The notes below the pieces were generated by a model, which was not told the DNA's origin, searched no databases, and saw only the letters and a list, made by a program, of their open reading frames with translations. A stretch of 47,713 nt of DNA. It comes from Octopus bimaculoides (lineage: Eukaryota). Positions 1 to 11,048 of this stretch are shown piece by piece. The stretch is from positions 94,409,053-94,456,765 of the forward strand of contig NC_068983.1 in assembly GCF_001194135.2 (NCBI RefSeq), in the 5' to 3' direction. Position numbers and translations under genes: made by a program. Each line of letters begins with the position of its first letter. Positions within the stretch are counted from its first letter, which is position 1.

Positions 1-44
1 CATACATACATATTTAGTAGAAAGTGGGTTATACATCTTTAGAT

Positions 45-339
45 TGTATACCTGACTTTCTACTAAAAAATTAAAGAAATAGACGGAACGCTGAACTCCA
101 GACTAAACAACTTAAACAACATTTATTTACTTGGTAAAACATACATATCTTTAGTTATACATCTTTAGAGGTGAGAATAACGAGCTGTCGAGTATAAGAC
201 CGAAAGATGTAGAGACAGCTTTAAACACACGTCCATGCTCAATCGCTGGCCAGCGAGAAAGAGAATGAATTGAGCGGGAAACGCTTGCTTTATTAATTCT
301 ACGCATGCGTAAGACTACGCATGCGCAGGCGTTACTACA
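45..339 (-). mobile_element. Possible solo LTR (unclassified)
   Basis: Read on the minus strand it starts TGTAGTAAC, ends GTATACA, is about 295 bp and has an internal AATAAA. It is CpG-richer than its flanks. No TSD was found. Confidence 0.3.
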
Positions 340-369
340 CATACATAAAAGTATGGTTGAACTTGAGGA

Positions 370-765
370 AAGATACGCTCTGTTGTGGAAATCAGCTGCC
401 CTCTGGACATGAATTTTAGAAAAATACAAGAGAATGAGGACATCTATGGGCCATTGGTAAGGAGTTTATAAATCCTGTACCCAAGATACACTTTCAGCTT
501 CATACCTATTATTATTGAAGATGTAAAATACATACCAACTCGTCTGGAGCAAAGTATGGTTGAACTTGGATCTTGGGGAGAAAATGCAAATCCTTAATTT
601 ACATGCTACAAATGATCACGATATCTGGGCCTATAAAAATCTGTAAGAACCTTCTTAAGATTTAAAGAATGATGGTTAAAACAAGATGATTTCCTTCACA
701 ACTTTGCTACCATGTAGGTGGTCAATCAAAATTTATTTTAGATTAAAGAAAGGGATCATACATGC

Positions 766-796
<31 letters not shown>

Positions 797-798
797 CA
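370..798 (+). mobile_element. Degenerate 3' end of an RLE-type (R4/Dong-related) non-LTR retrotransposon, copy A, ending in (CATA)n
   Basis: Manual translation across frameshifts and stops gives VVEISCPLDMN..KIQENEDIYGPLVRSL*ILYPRYTFSFIPIII..IPTRLEQSMVELG..LQMITISGPIKICK. This is the C-terminal restriction-like endonuclease region. A short 3' UTR and (CATA)n at about 767-798 follow. Confidence 0.65.
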
Positions 799-1167
799 CC
801 TATCATCATAGGTGCATTAGATTTTTTACCACCACATTTACACAAAATCCTAGAGATACTAGGATTTTCGAAAAAAGAGCCAAAGAAACTGATGCAGATT
901 CTCTAAATCCAATCTATTAGTGGCACAGTAAAGATTTGTAAGACATTCTAAAGATTCTCCATCTAAGATTCTTTTGGTGAATAGATGCACACACATGGAT
1001 GTGTACATCGACAACTCAACCAACACACTAACTCAACCCAATACTTACAAACACTGGCAACTCTCTTATCTAAAAAAACCTTGTTGCTTTGTTAGCGACT
1101 GGCTTGAATTCTCTTAAGAACTTAAATAAAACTCAATACATACATACATACATACATACATACATAC
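799..1167 (+). mobile_element. Second RLE-type non-LTR 3' end, copy B, ending in AATAAA plus (ATAC)n
   Basis: Translation of 799-966 gives PIIIGALDF..HLHKILEILGFSKKEPKKLMQIL*IQSISGTVKICKTF*RFS, homologous to the end of copy A. The 3' UTR differs from copy A. AATAAA lies at 1125-1130 and (ATAC)n at 1136-1167. Confidence 0.65.
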
Positions 1168-1562
1168 ACACACACATGTTTGATATTTTCTTGCACATGT
1201 ACTCTGGCTGGTAATATGAGCCAAAACCGAAGCTTAACATAGATCGTGTCAGAATATTATTTTTAAAATTGTTTATTTGTATATAAAACCTTACAATATG
1301 TTGCTAGAGAAATTGCGTATTTAAATCGCAAAAGCAGAGTGGAATTATAATCATAATAAATAGTAAATACACTAAAAATGTATTTTCGTGAAAAGTTTAT
1401 CAAAGTGCACCATAGATTTGAATATTTTATATCGATTTACATACACTAGATCTAGGGTTCCATTTTATCAAAACGAAGCAACACAAGAAAACAAATGAAT
1501 ATAAGCACGATGCGCGTGCGCGCACATTCATGTCTGTCTGTCTGTCTGTATGTATGTATGTA

Positions 1563-1775
1563 TTCTTTCTTTCTTTCTTTTACTTGTTTCAGTCATTTGA
1601 CTGCAGCCATGCTGGAGCACCGCCTGTAGTCGAGCAAATCGATCCCAGGACTTATTCTTTGTAAGCCTAGTACTTATTCTATCAGTCTCTTTTGCCGAAC
1701 CGCTAAGTTATGGGGACGTGAACACACCAGCATCGGTTGTCAAGCGATGTTGGAGGGACAAGCACAGACACACAA

Positions 1776-1812
<37 letters not shown>
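1563..1812 (-). mobile_element. SINE 3' half with adjoining (CA)n microsatellite (family also at 6985-7208 and 7520-7727)
   Basis: Its reverse complement aligns by eye to the two plus-strand copies (cggttcggcaaaagagac..gatagaataagtactaggc..ggcggtgctccagcatggc.gcagtcaaatgactgaaacaagtaaaag). It has a short simple-repeat tail. Confidence 0.75.
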
Positions 1813-2503
1813 NNNNNNNNNNNNNNNNNNNNNNNNNNNNNNNNNNNNNNNNNNNNNNNNNNNNNNNNNNNNNNNNNNNNNNNNNNNNNNNNNNNNNNNN
1901 NNNNNNNNNNNNNNNNNNNNNNNNNNNNNNNNNNNNNNNNNNNNNNNNNNNNNNNNNNNNNNNNNNNNNNNNNNNNNNNNNNNNNNNNNNNNNNNNNNNN
2001 NNNNNNNNNNNNNNNNNNNNNNNNNNNNNNNNNNNNNNNNNNNNNNNNNNNNNNNNNNNNNNNNNNNNNNNNNNNNNNNNNNNNNNNNNNNNNNNNNNNN
2101 NNNNNNNNNNNNNNNNNNNNNNNNNNNNNNNNNNNNNNNNNNNNNNNNNNNNNNNNNNNNNNNNNNNNNNNNNNNNNNNNNNNNNNNNNNNNNNNNNNNN
2201 NNNNNNNNNNNNNNNNNNNNNNNNNNNNNNNNNNNNNNNNNNNNNNNNNNNNNNNNNNNNNNNNNNNNNNNNNNNNNNNNNNNNNNNNNNNNNNNNNNNN
2301 NNNNNNNNNNNNNNNNNNNNNNNNNNNNNNNNNNNNNNNNNNNNNNNNNNNNNNNNNNNNNNNNNNNNNNNNNNNNNNNNNNNNNNNNNNNNNNNNNNNN
2401 NNNNNNNNNNNNNNNNNNNNNNNNNNNNNNNNNNNNNNNNNNNNNNNNNNNNNNNNNNNNNNNNNNNNNNNNNNNNNNNNNNNNNTGTGTGTATGTATGC
2501 ATG

Positions 2504-2534
<31 letters not shown>

Positions 2535-2539
2535 CACAT

Positions 2540-3775
2540 TTTGAATGCATTCTCTGATGCTTGCACTGCCTTAGGAATGACAGTCAATCTCAAGAAAACT
2601 GTTGTCATGTACCAACCTGCCCCTGGTAAGCAGTATATTGAACCAAATATCTGTGTATGGTAGAAGACTTGGTGTAGTCGATAAGTTTGTCTACCTGGGA
2701 AGCACTGTTAATAGATATGGCAATTTGGACAATAAAATTCCATATAGAATTAGGAAAGCAAGTGATGCTTTCGGAAGGCTAGAAAGACGTCTCTGGGATC
2801 GNNNNNNNNNNAGCAAGTGATGCTTTCGGAAGGCTAGAAAGACGTCTCTGGGATCGGTGAGACATATGCAGGAAGACAAAGATAAAGGTGTACAAGGCGT
2901 GTGTACTCTCTTCTCTTCTTTATTCCTGCGAAACCTGGGTCACATATCGTTACCACTTTAAACAACTGGAACGTTTCCATCAGATGTGTCTCAGACGGAT
3001 CTGTGGCATCAAGTGGGAAGACCGCATCAGCGATCTTGAGATATTGGAAAGCTCTCGGTGTGAAAGTGTAGAAGCTCTTGTGTTGAAGCAAAAGCTCAGA
3101 TGGAGTGGTTATCTGGTCAGGATGAAAGATTCAAGGATGCCAAAACAACTCTTTTATGGAGAGTTAGCTAAAGGAGAACGATCTCCACATAAACCAAAAA
3201 AGAGATATAAAGACTTGCTGAAGGTTTCCTTGAGTGATGCCAACATCTCTCCTAACACGTGGGAAGGCATAGCTACTGACCGTGGCAGGTGGNNNNNNNN
3301 NNNNNNNNNNNNNNNNNNNNNNNNNNNNNNNNNNNNNNNNNNNNNNNNNNNNNNNNNNNNNNNNNNNNNNNNNNNNNNNNNNNNNNNNNNNNNNNNNNNN
3401 NNNNNCTGACATGCAGTGTCTGTGCAAGACCGTGCCTCAGTAAAGCTGGACTCATGAGTCATCTTCGGAGTCATAAAGCAAGACCGATGATTGACTACCA
3501 GGCCGCTGGTGATGATGCTACACACCATACTAATCATGTCTGCCGGGCATGTGGAAGGGAGTGTGATTCAACAGGAGGACTTAAACGACACGCAAAGGTA
3601 CATGGAACCCAATTACAACAACAGCCAGCTATTGCCAGTAAAAGTTTTGGATGCCAACTCTGTGCAAGACATTGTAGATCTTTGGTTGGGCTAAAAGGTC
3701 ACATTCGATCACAGCGCCGTTAAGTTAAGCTTCGTGCAATGGCCATACTCGATAACGAGGAGGCAGCCATCATGT
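2540..3775 (+). mobile_element. RTE-clade LINE, 3' part of ORF2 (RT C-terminus and thumb plus three C2H2 zinc fingers), short 3' UTR
   Basis: Translation gives [90 protein letters not shown], typical of RTE/BovB-like ORF2. There is a frameshift near 2650 and an in-frame TGA at 2858-2860. The ORF ends at TAA 3721-3723 and a microsatellite tail follows about 50 bp later. Confidence 0.9.
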
Positions 3776-4282
3776 ATGCATGTATGTGTGTGTGTGTATG
3801 TATGTGTGTGTGTATGTAAGTATGTATAAACTACTGAGCGAAATATATATCCGAATCATAAAGGCAGAGAGGAACTACGAGAGGGATTATAATCATAATA
3901 AATATTATGTATTTATGGAGATGTACTTGCATAGCAAGTGACCTGATCTGAGATCGTGTGCTGAAGCAAAAACAATTGTAGCGTGGAAGGTGTTTATAAG
4001 TTATTTAAAAACACACAAAAACCGTTAGATTCACTTCAACATTTAAATTTAATTTGCCAAAATATTTTCATCGCTTTGAGACCGAATCCTGTTCACTGAC
4101 AAAATTCCGTGCTGTAATATTATGTACATACATCAAAAGTTTATTTTCGTGCACTATAGATAATTTCATTGGCCGGATTCAACTTGACTTTTATACATTC
4201 TGAACTAGAAACGTAAGTAATCATTATAATTTTTGTCAAATCTGTCCGTCTGTAACATAACTTCCGGTTTGATTCGCTCTCT

Positions 4283-4284
<2 letters not shown>

Positions 4285-4342
<58 letters not shown>
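4285..4342. repeat. (GT)n microsatellite
   Basis: Pure dinucleotide run. Confidence 0.95.
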
Positions 4343-4345
<3 letters not shown>

Positions 4346-4774
4346 CTGCGTGCATGTCGGTCTGTCTGTATGTATGTATCCATGTATGCATATGTGCGTA
4401 TGTACATCTGTATGTGTTTATACATACTTACACAAACACATACTTAACGCAGCGGCAGCGTTCTTTCACTCGCCTTCTCACCCTGTACACTTCTCTCCTC
4501 CTCCCTTGCTCTGTCTGTCTTTCTGTCTGTCTGTACATAGACACATGTTTCTCAACAGTTTTTTAAAGACTGAAATACAGCTTTCGGAAAAACAAACTGC
4601 TTTTAAAATAAGTTTATTACAAAATGAGAAAAAAAGATGAAACTCTGTTCTTAAAATTTCTATGAAGAAAATTTACAATAAAATATTTTAATAAGTTGCG
4701 TGCTTTACACAAACAAATGCCAAATATCTATTTATCTGCTTGTCTGTCTGTCTGTCTATCTACCTATTTTATCT

Positions 4775-5370
4775 ATTTAGCTGTGTGAATTGGTGCCATC
4801 CTGAAAGTTGCGTTTCCCTCCGGAAACAGTTCCGCAACCATAGGATGAATTTGATAAGATAAAATGCTTAAATAGTCTTGACTATTAATTCTGCCATGAA
4901 GGGAAACCATTGGGCTGGCAGATTTCCATGATATAGCCCACCAGATCATCACAGATCTTCCTCCATGTTTAACAGTTGGAAGAAGGCAGTCTGGGTCAAA
5001 TGCTTCTTTTGGCTGTCTCCACACGTATACTCGGCCGCTGGTTGGAAATAAGGTAAAGGATGACTCGTCCGAGAAAATAACATTCTTTCAGTGCTCTAGG
5101 GACCAATTCTGTAGGTTTTTACTCCACTCTAAATGCTTTGCAGCATTTGTTTTTTAAAGTAGTGGTTTATTAATTGCAGCCTTCCCGTGAAATCCGGCTT
5201 TGTGCAGCTCACGGCGAACAGTTTTTATGGAATCTGGGTTCTCGAGGTGGTCATTAAGCTCTGCAGTAATTCTGGGAGCTGTACTTTTCTGATCCTTTCA
5301 AAACAATTCGCGTAAGAGTCCGACGGTCCCTATCTGAAAGTTTTGGTTTTCTTCCGCACCACTTATATCA
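4775..5370 (-). mobile_element. Tc1-like transposase remnant
   Basis: Translation gives RRELHKAGFHGKAAINKPLL..NVIFSDESSFTLFPTSGRVYVWRQPKEAFDPDCLLPTVKHGGRSVMIW, with the Tc1 motifs FSDES and TVKHGG. It has stops and deletions and no TIRs were located. Confidence 0.9.
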
Positions 5371-6984
5371 TTGTATCCCACTCTGGACACTTTATCTTGT
5401 TTATTTTTATTGATATATCTATTGTAAAGGTTTTAATTTGTGACCTCGGCTCAAATTGTAACTGACCAATTGTAGAGACCGCTTGGACTTAGACTCACCT
5501 CACTGTGGACAAAAGGTGGAATTCTCGGTAATATTTCTGTGAGTAAACTTTCTTAAGCACCCTACGATATTGTTTTGGATACATTTACTTGAGTTTACTT
5601 CGTTAGCATAGGTACCGCCCTTTGATAATCATGTTAGTAAGTTTCCTTATATATATTTTTTGATAATTTCTTTTCTTAAATTTTAAAACATCTTGGCCCC
5701 CGCTTAACTTGAAACTACCCGTAAATAAATTGTAGTATTCCGTTGACCATTACTAGCTCACTCTTTTACCTATGGACCTCGTAGTCCCTAGATAGTAGAT
5801 TATATGCTTTTAATATATTGGGCTTCTAGACATCTTTTCTAGGTCGTGTTTTCTTTCATATTCCTTCTTCCCTTTGTTTATAGTGGATGCTCTTGATTTT
5901 TAATCTGATGAAGCTCCGTGCCTTAATCCGAATGTCNNNNNNNNNNTCCGTTGACCATTACTAGCTCACTCTTTTACCTATGGACCTCGTAGTCCCTAGA
6001 TAGTAGATTATATGCTTTTAATATATTGGGCTTCTAGACATCTTTTCTAGGTCGTGTTTTCTTTCATATTCCTTCTTCCCTTTGTTTATAGTGGATGCTC
6101 TTGATTTTTAATCTGATGAAGCTCCGTGCCTTAATCCGAATGTCCTATGAAGATGGAGAATTTTATTTTCGTATTTATTTATTGACAGCGTTTGGCAACA
6201 AATGCGGAAACGGCCGTAAGAGTTGTTACGTCTCCTGTTTGTTATGTCATGCTTTGTATTAAAAAAATAAGCTATAAATGTGGTCCAATCGATGTGTTTA
6301 CTAATCTGAGGTTTTCTCCATTTTCTGATTATTTGTATCTGTTTCCTGATAAACTCTTGTTTATCCTGTTGTTACCTGCACCGTTGTTATGCCAGGGAAT
6401 AACACGGGTAACGGATACCGATAGTACATGCGGATATTTTATCCTTCAGTCGGTTATTACAACCGTTAACTCTGTTTACACTATATATATATATATATAT
6501 TATATATATATATATAAATGGTTTATAGATGAGAGAATACACTTCGTAGTGCTCAAGAAATTTAAACTTGAGCAGGTAGAGGAGTAAATGTAAGGATAAG
6601 CAAGTCAGACAAGTTGATATATAAAAAATACGTTTAATACAAAAAATGTACATATGTTTATATATAAAAAGGTCTGACTTATACGGAATAGAAATGGTAT
6701 CAGGAACAACAGCTGTTTCTGGGGGCTTGGTAGTCCAAAATAATGATTGTAAACTGATTCTACCATCGGATAATACCAGCCTCCGTCTTCAGGTAAGAAT
6801 TTTACATTTGAGGTATTGACAGTATGTATGTATGTATGTATGTATGTATGTATGAATGTATGTATGAATGTATGTATGTATGTATGTATGTCGCTGTATA
6901 TATGTATGAATGTATGTATATATGTATGTATGTGTATGTGTGTATGTATGTTTGTATGTATGTATGTGTGTGTGAGTGTGTGTG

Positions 6985-7208
6985 CCTTTATGTCTGTACT
7001 TGTCCCCCCATCACCGCTTGACAACCGGTGTTGATGTGTTTATGTCCTCATAACTTAGTGATTCGGCAAAAGAGGCCGATGGAATAAATACTAGGCTTAA
7101 TAGAATAACTCATGGGCCCGATTTGTTCGACTAAAACCTTTCGAGGCAGAGCTCCAGCATGGCCGCGGAGAAATGACTGAAACAAGTAAAAGAGTAAAAG
7201 TGTAAAAG
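6985..7208 (+). mobile_element. SINE 3' half following a compound (TATG)n/(TG)n tract
   Basis: Homologous to 1563-1780 (reverse complement) and to 7520-7727. The tail is agtaaaag repeats. Confidence 0.75.
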
Positions 7209-7264
7209 GATATCCATCGAAAAATAAAAGTATAAATTTTTTTTTTTTTTAAATATCAACAAGA

Positions 7265-7487
7265 TAACAGTTTACTCATAGTAGTCGACCTCAGCTTCCA
7301 GCACGGCATCAAGACGGCTTCGGAACCTGTGCATGTGTTCCTCACTGTGCCCCTGGAAAGATCTTCGAACCCCTTTTTGATCTTTAGTTGATATTTTTGA
7401 TTTTCTAAAAATACTTTTATTTTTGAACGGGATATTGTTTTCTTTTCCTTTAATCAAAACTATCAAATTTATCCCGAACATCCAGTA
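7265..7487 (-). mobile_element. Short maT/Tc1-mariner-derived remnant
   Basis: The minus-strand end TACTGGATGTTCGGGATAAATTTGATAG resembles the TIR at 10777 (TACAAGGTGTTAAGGTTAAATTTGATGAC). It encodes the transposase C-terminal motif RFRSRLDAVLEAEVDYYE*. Confidence 0.6.
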
Positions 7488-7519
7488 TGTGCGCGCGCGC
7501 GTATGTGTACGTAGGTATG

Positions 7520-7727
7520 TGTATCTCTGTAATTGTGTTTGTCCATCACCATTGCTTAACAACCGGTGTTGGTTTGTTTACGTCCCCGTAATTTAGCAGT
7601 TCGGCAGAGTAGGCCAACAGAATATGTACCAAACACTAGGGTCGATTTGTACGAGCAAACCCTTCAAGGCGGTATCCCAGCTTGGCCGCAGTCCAATGAC
7701 TGAAACAACTAAAAGATAAAAGATAAA
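7520..7727 (+). mobile_element. SINE 3' half, older copy
   Basis: Diverged homologue of 6985-7208 with an ataaaag tail. Confidence 0.7.
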
Positions 7728-9329
7728 CTCTCTCCATTATGAGCCAACGAGAATTCGTCCATTATATTGCTTGATTCTGCTAGCAGTAACTATCAAAATC
7801 TACCTAACCCGCCTCATAAAAAGGGAAGGATGATCTTAGCTGAAATGCCTTTGATCATGAGTGTGTGCGATCAGGACTAAATTTGAAGTAAACAACCATA
7901 ACCAACTTTATATTAAGTAACCAAAATTAGTCAACGTCTACATCTGCTACTGTTTTCTCTCTTTATATTGTTTGATTTCAATCAACTCTCATTTTTTTAT
8001 CTGTTATTTTTTAATGTGCTACAAAGTTCATTCATGAAATATAATTTCAAAAATGATATTGTGTCGGTATGAGTAACGTGAGCAAGAGAACATGTGCTAT
8101 TAACATCATAAACATTCGAGCGTTACACACGTCTACAGCAGATTCTGTTTCAAACAACCTTATCAAAAAAGATCGTTGTCCATTCTGCCCCTCCCATTAT
8201 GCGTTCACTACTCACTGTTTGGCTCATTCCTTCACTAGTTTTCTTTATTTTCAATGAGAGTTTCAGTTACCAACTATTTCATTTTTCTCATTACTTAATA
8301 GCTCCACCCAGTGATGATTGTCTAAAGAAAAACAAAGCGGAAAAAAACCCCTGATCGATGACGTATTCTAGACAGAAATTAGCAATAACAGCTGCAGCAA
8401 TGTACCCTTATCAGTTGCGTTGTTAAAACTTCTGTCTCAAACCGTTTCCCACACTATCCTTGAGTTAGCTCTCGGAATTTACTCTATTACCAACGTTTCT
8501 GGAGCTTGTAGTAGCAGAAGCTGGGAAGTGGGCGTTTTCTTATTTCTATTCCCCCAAAGTCCCATAAGTAGCATTTTATCAAGAGACATCTGATAAGTGG
8601 AAATATGATGTTTTTTTTTAAAAACATCTTGGGAAATCTTTTCAAAAGGCGGCAGTTTCTTTAAAGAGGCATGAGAAATTCTTTAAATGATATATTGATG
8701 GCAATAGAGGTCACTATAGAAAATATAACGAAAATATTTTATTTTGCTATTTACCCCGCACATACATGAATTCCCTGAGGTCGAACTAAGTGTCATATTC
8801 TGTAGAAAATCGAACTTTTTACCAAAGAAAAGCACACCCTAACATACATCATTGCGAATGATAACTCTGCACAATACTTAGACTAACACGTGTCTTAAAT
8901 ATAATGTTTTAATATACTATGATTAAACTGAATATTTTTTTTTATATACGTTATTTTTTCTTAATTGAAAAAGGAGCAGCAGGTTGGCGGAATCAGTAAC
9001 GTGAGAGGAAAAATCTTGCAGAAGTATTTAGTCACATTCATTTGTATTTTGAGTACCAGTCATCCGCGGAAGAAAACTGATCAAATCACCTACACCCGTG
9101 TTGTCAAAATTGTATTAATGCAGTAAACCATTATTATCTACAGTTAGAAGGACATTAGATAGGTAGAGTGCGGTGTACCGACCGAAATGTCTAGCGATAT
9201 TTAGTTACGTCATTTTACATCTGAAGCACCATTCAAGTACAGTGTTTGATGAAACCAACTACATCTTCACTCAAAAAATTTGTTGTTAAACTCAAGGTCA
9301 ACCACAATCAAGTAGACTTATAATCAAAC

Positions 9330-9490
9330 GAATTCCTGATGTGACCATCCCGTCCTTTATTTTTCAGACTGTGTATCTAGAACTATATCGTCTTGTGTAT
9401 CCTTTCCTCATATAAAACAGCAAGGTGTAATTTGAGTGAGATTTGGCTGCTATTTCTAGACGGTCGTGCGACAGGTAAAGGTTTCTCCTT
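9330..9490 (+). repeat. Unclassified interspersed repeat (core GAGATTTGGCTGCTATTTCT)
   Basis: The core recurs at about 29405-29430, 46575-46595 and 46760-46805 in this window. Confidence 0.55.
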
Positions 9491-9998
9491 TATCACGATG
9501 TTTGATTAGACGAGAGATTGATGATTGTTAGGATTCACTGGTCCTGAGTATGTCCAAGCTAAAACATCTAATTTCCTGTGACCCAGTCAATCGAGCTGTA
9601 ATGAGTGAGATTTATAGTTAACCATCGTAAACAACGCGTGTATAGAAGAATTGTTGAGAGTTTGTTGGCTAGTTACTGGTTAACAAATGTCTTATTCAAG
9701 AGGAAATTTATATTTTTTCAGCTTCATGTTGCAGAAATCGAAAGTCAAAGGGGACAGGTCCGAAAGGTTTAGGATGGTGATGTTCCATATTGACGTAACA
9801 CCGAATGATAATCTTGCATAACGTAAATTTCTTGTTTCAATATCACTTTTCTTTTTTATGTAATATGCTTTCCATAAGAACAACAAATCTGGAAATTTCA
9901 GAAAGATAAATTTCGAATACTTTCTATAAAACATTGATTTCTTAAGCAAAAAAAGACAATAAATTTTGCCAGGAAAGATTTAATAGGTAATTGAAATA

Positions 9999-10078
<80 letters not shown>
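9999..10078. repeat. (TAC)n trinucleotide microsatellite
   Basis: Pure run of about 26 units abutting the left TIR remnant of the maT element. Confidence 0.95.
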
Positions 10079-10777
10079 ATTTGACGACTTTTTATGTCTT
10101 CTTTTTTCAAGAAGAGACTGATGTATTGGTGAACAGTCAACGGCAGAGCGGTTGATATCTTTCTTAATCACGACCCACACATTGTGATCCATGGGATTAC
10201 AATCGGGGGAATTAGGAAGCCAGAAATTGGGGCTGGTGAAGTCGTAGAAATTCTCCAACAATCACATTTGGTTCTTTCCTCCGGTATGGTAACGAGCCGA
10301 ATACTGTTGCCACACACATAGCCTTCCAGCAGCAACTTTCACTAGCCAGGTTTGACCAGTCTCCAGCAACTTTACATAGCCGTATGAATTGTACCTGAGG
10401 CTTGGTTTTAAAATGTTGAGATTAATACCGGCGTATGAACGCAGTCGGAGAGCCAGTAGTGTCCCTTCTTGCTGGTCACGGTTTCGTAGTCGTCGTTGCA
10501 GCTGTTTATATCACGTCTTACAGCCTTTAAAGTGTTCACAGAGCATTGAGCAGCAGTCATAATGTTGGTATTTTGACACGAATCATCATGATACAGCGCG
10601 AACCATCATGATACAGGTAAATTCTTTTCGATATTCGGATGGGTTCCAGTCCTCCATTTTTCTCTACTACAACTTCAATCTTCATGTTCTCCAGCGCCGT
10701 TGACTGTTCGCCAATACATAAAGCTATTCCTGAAAGGAGACATAAAAAGTCATCAAATTTAACCTTAACACCTTGTA
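10078..10777 (-). mobile_element. Internally deleted maT (DD37D) transposon with long TIRs
   Basis: 10078-10146 is an inverted copy of part of 10696-10777. Translation WQQ[Y]SARYHTGGKNQM*LLENFYDFTSPNFWLPNSPDCNPMD puts 37 residues between the second and third catalytic positions; the second D is mutated to Y. The right end terminates in TA. Confidence 0.85.
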
Positions 10778-11048
10778 GATAGATATACAGTTTTCATCCA
10801 GCAAATTCATTCACATATTGGTTAGCTCGGGACTAAAGTAGAAGGCACTTGCCCGTAGTGCTACGCATGGAATTGAATCTAAAACAACGTGGCTACAAAG
10901 CACACAGCCGTGTCTGCACCTTCTTTGAATAAATAAGATAAACGAATGATAAACTTTTGGAAATCATCAATGAACTTGGAGAAGTTACAATGTGTATGAG
11001 CTCTTTGCGAATGAAATAATTATTTCTTGCATTGAGACAAACATTGAT

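Noticed and set aside
1703-2608. Long ORFs of 265-301 aa on both strands, and similar ORFs at 32719-34353
   Set aside because: They consist of N runs and translated microsatellites (HTHT, CVCV, YVCM) with no protein signal.
2757-2856. 45 bp direct duplication (2757-2801 and 2812-2856)
   Set aside because: The identical copies sit on either side of a 10-N gap, which is typical of an unmerged contig overlap.
3406-3723. Host C2H2 zinc-finger gene
   Set aside because: The fingers continue an RTE ORF2, lack TGEKP linkers and are followed by a LINE-type short 3' UTR and tail.
5739-6144. 198 bp tandem duplication (5739-5936 and 5947-6144)
   Set aside because: The identical copies flank a 10-N gap, so this is an assembly overlap artefact.
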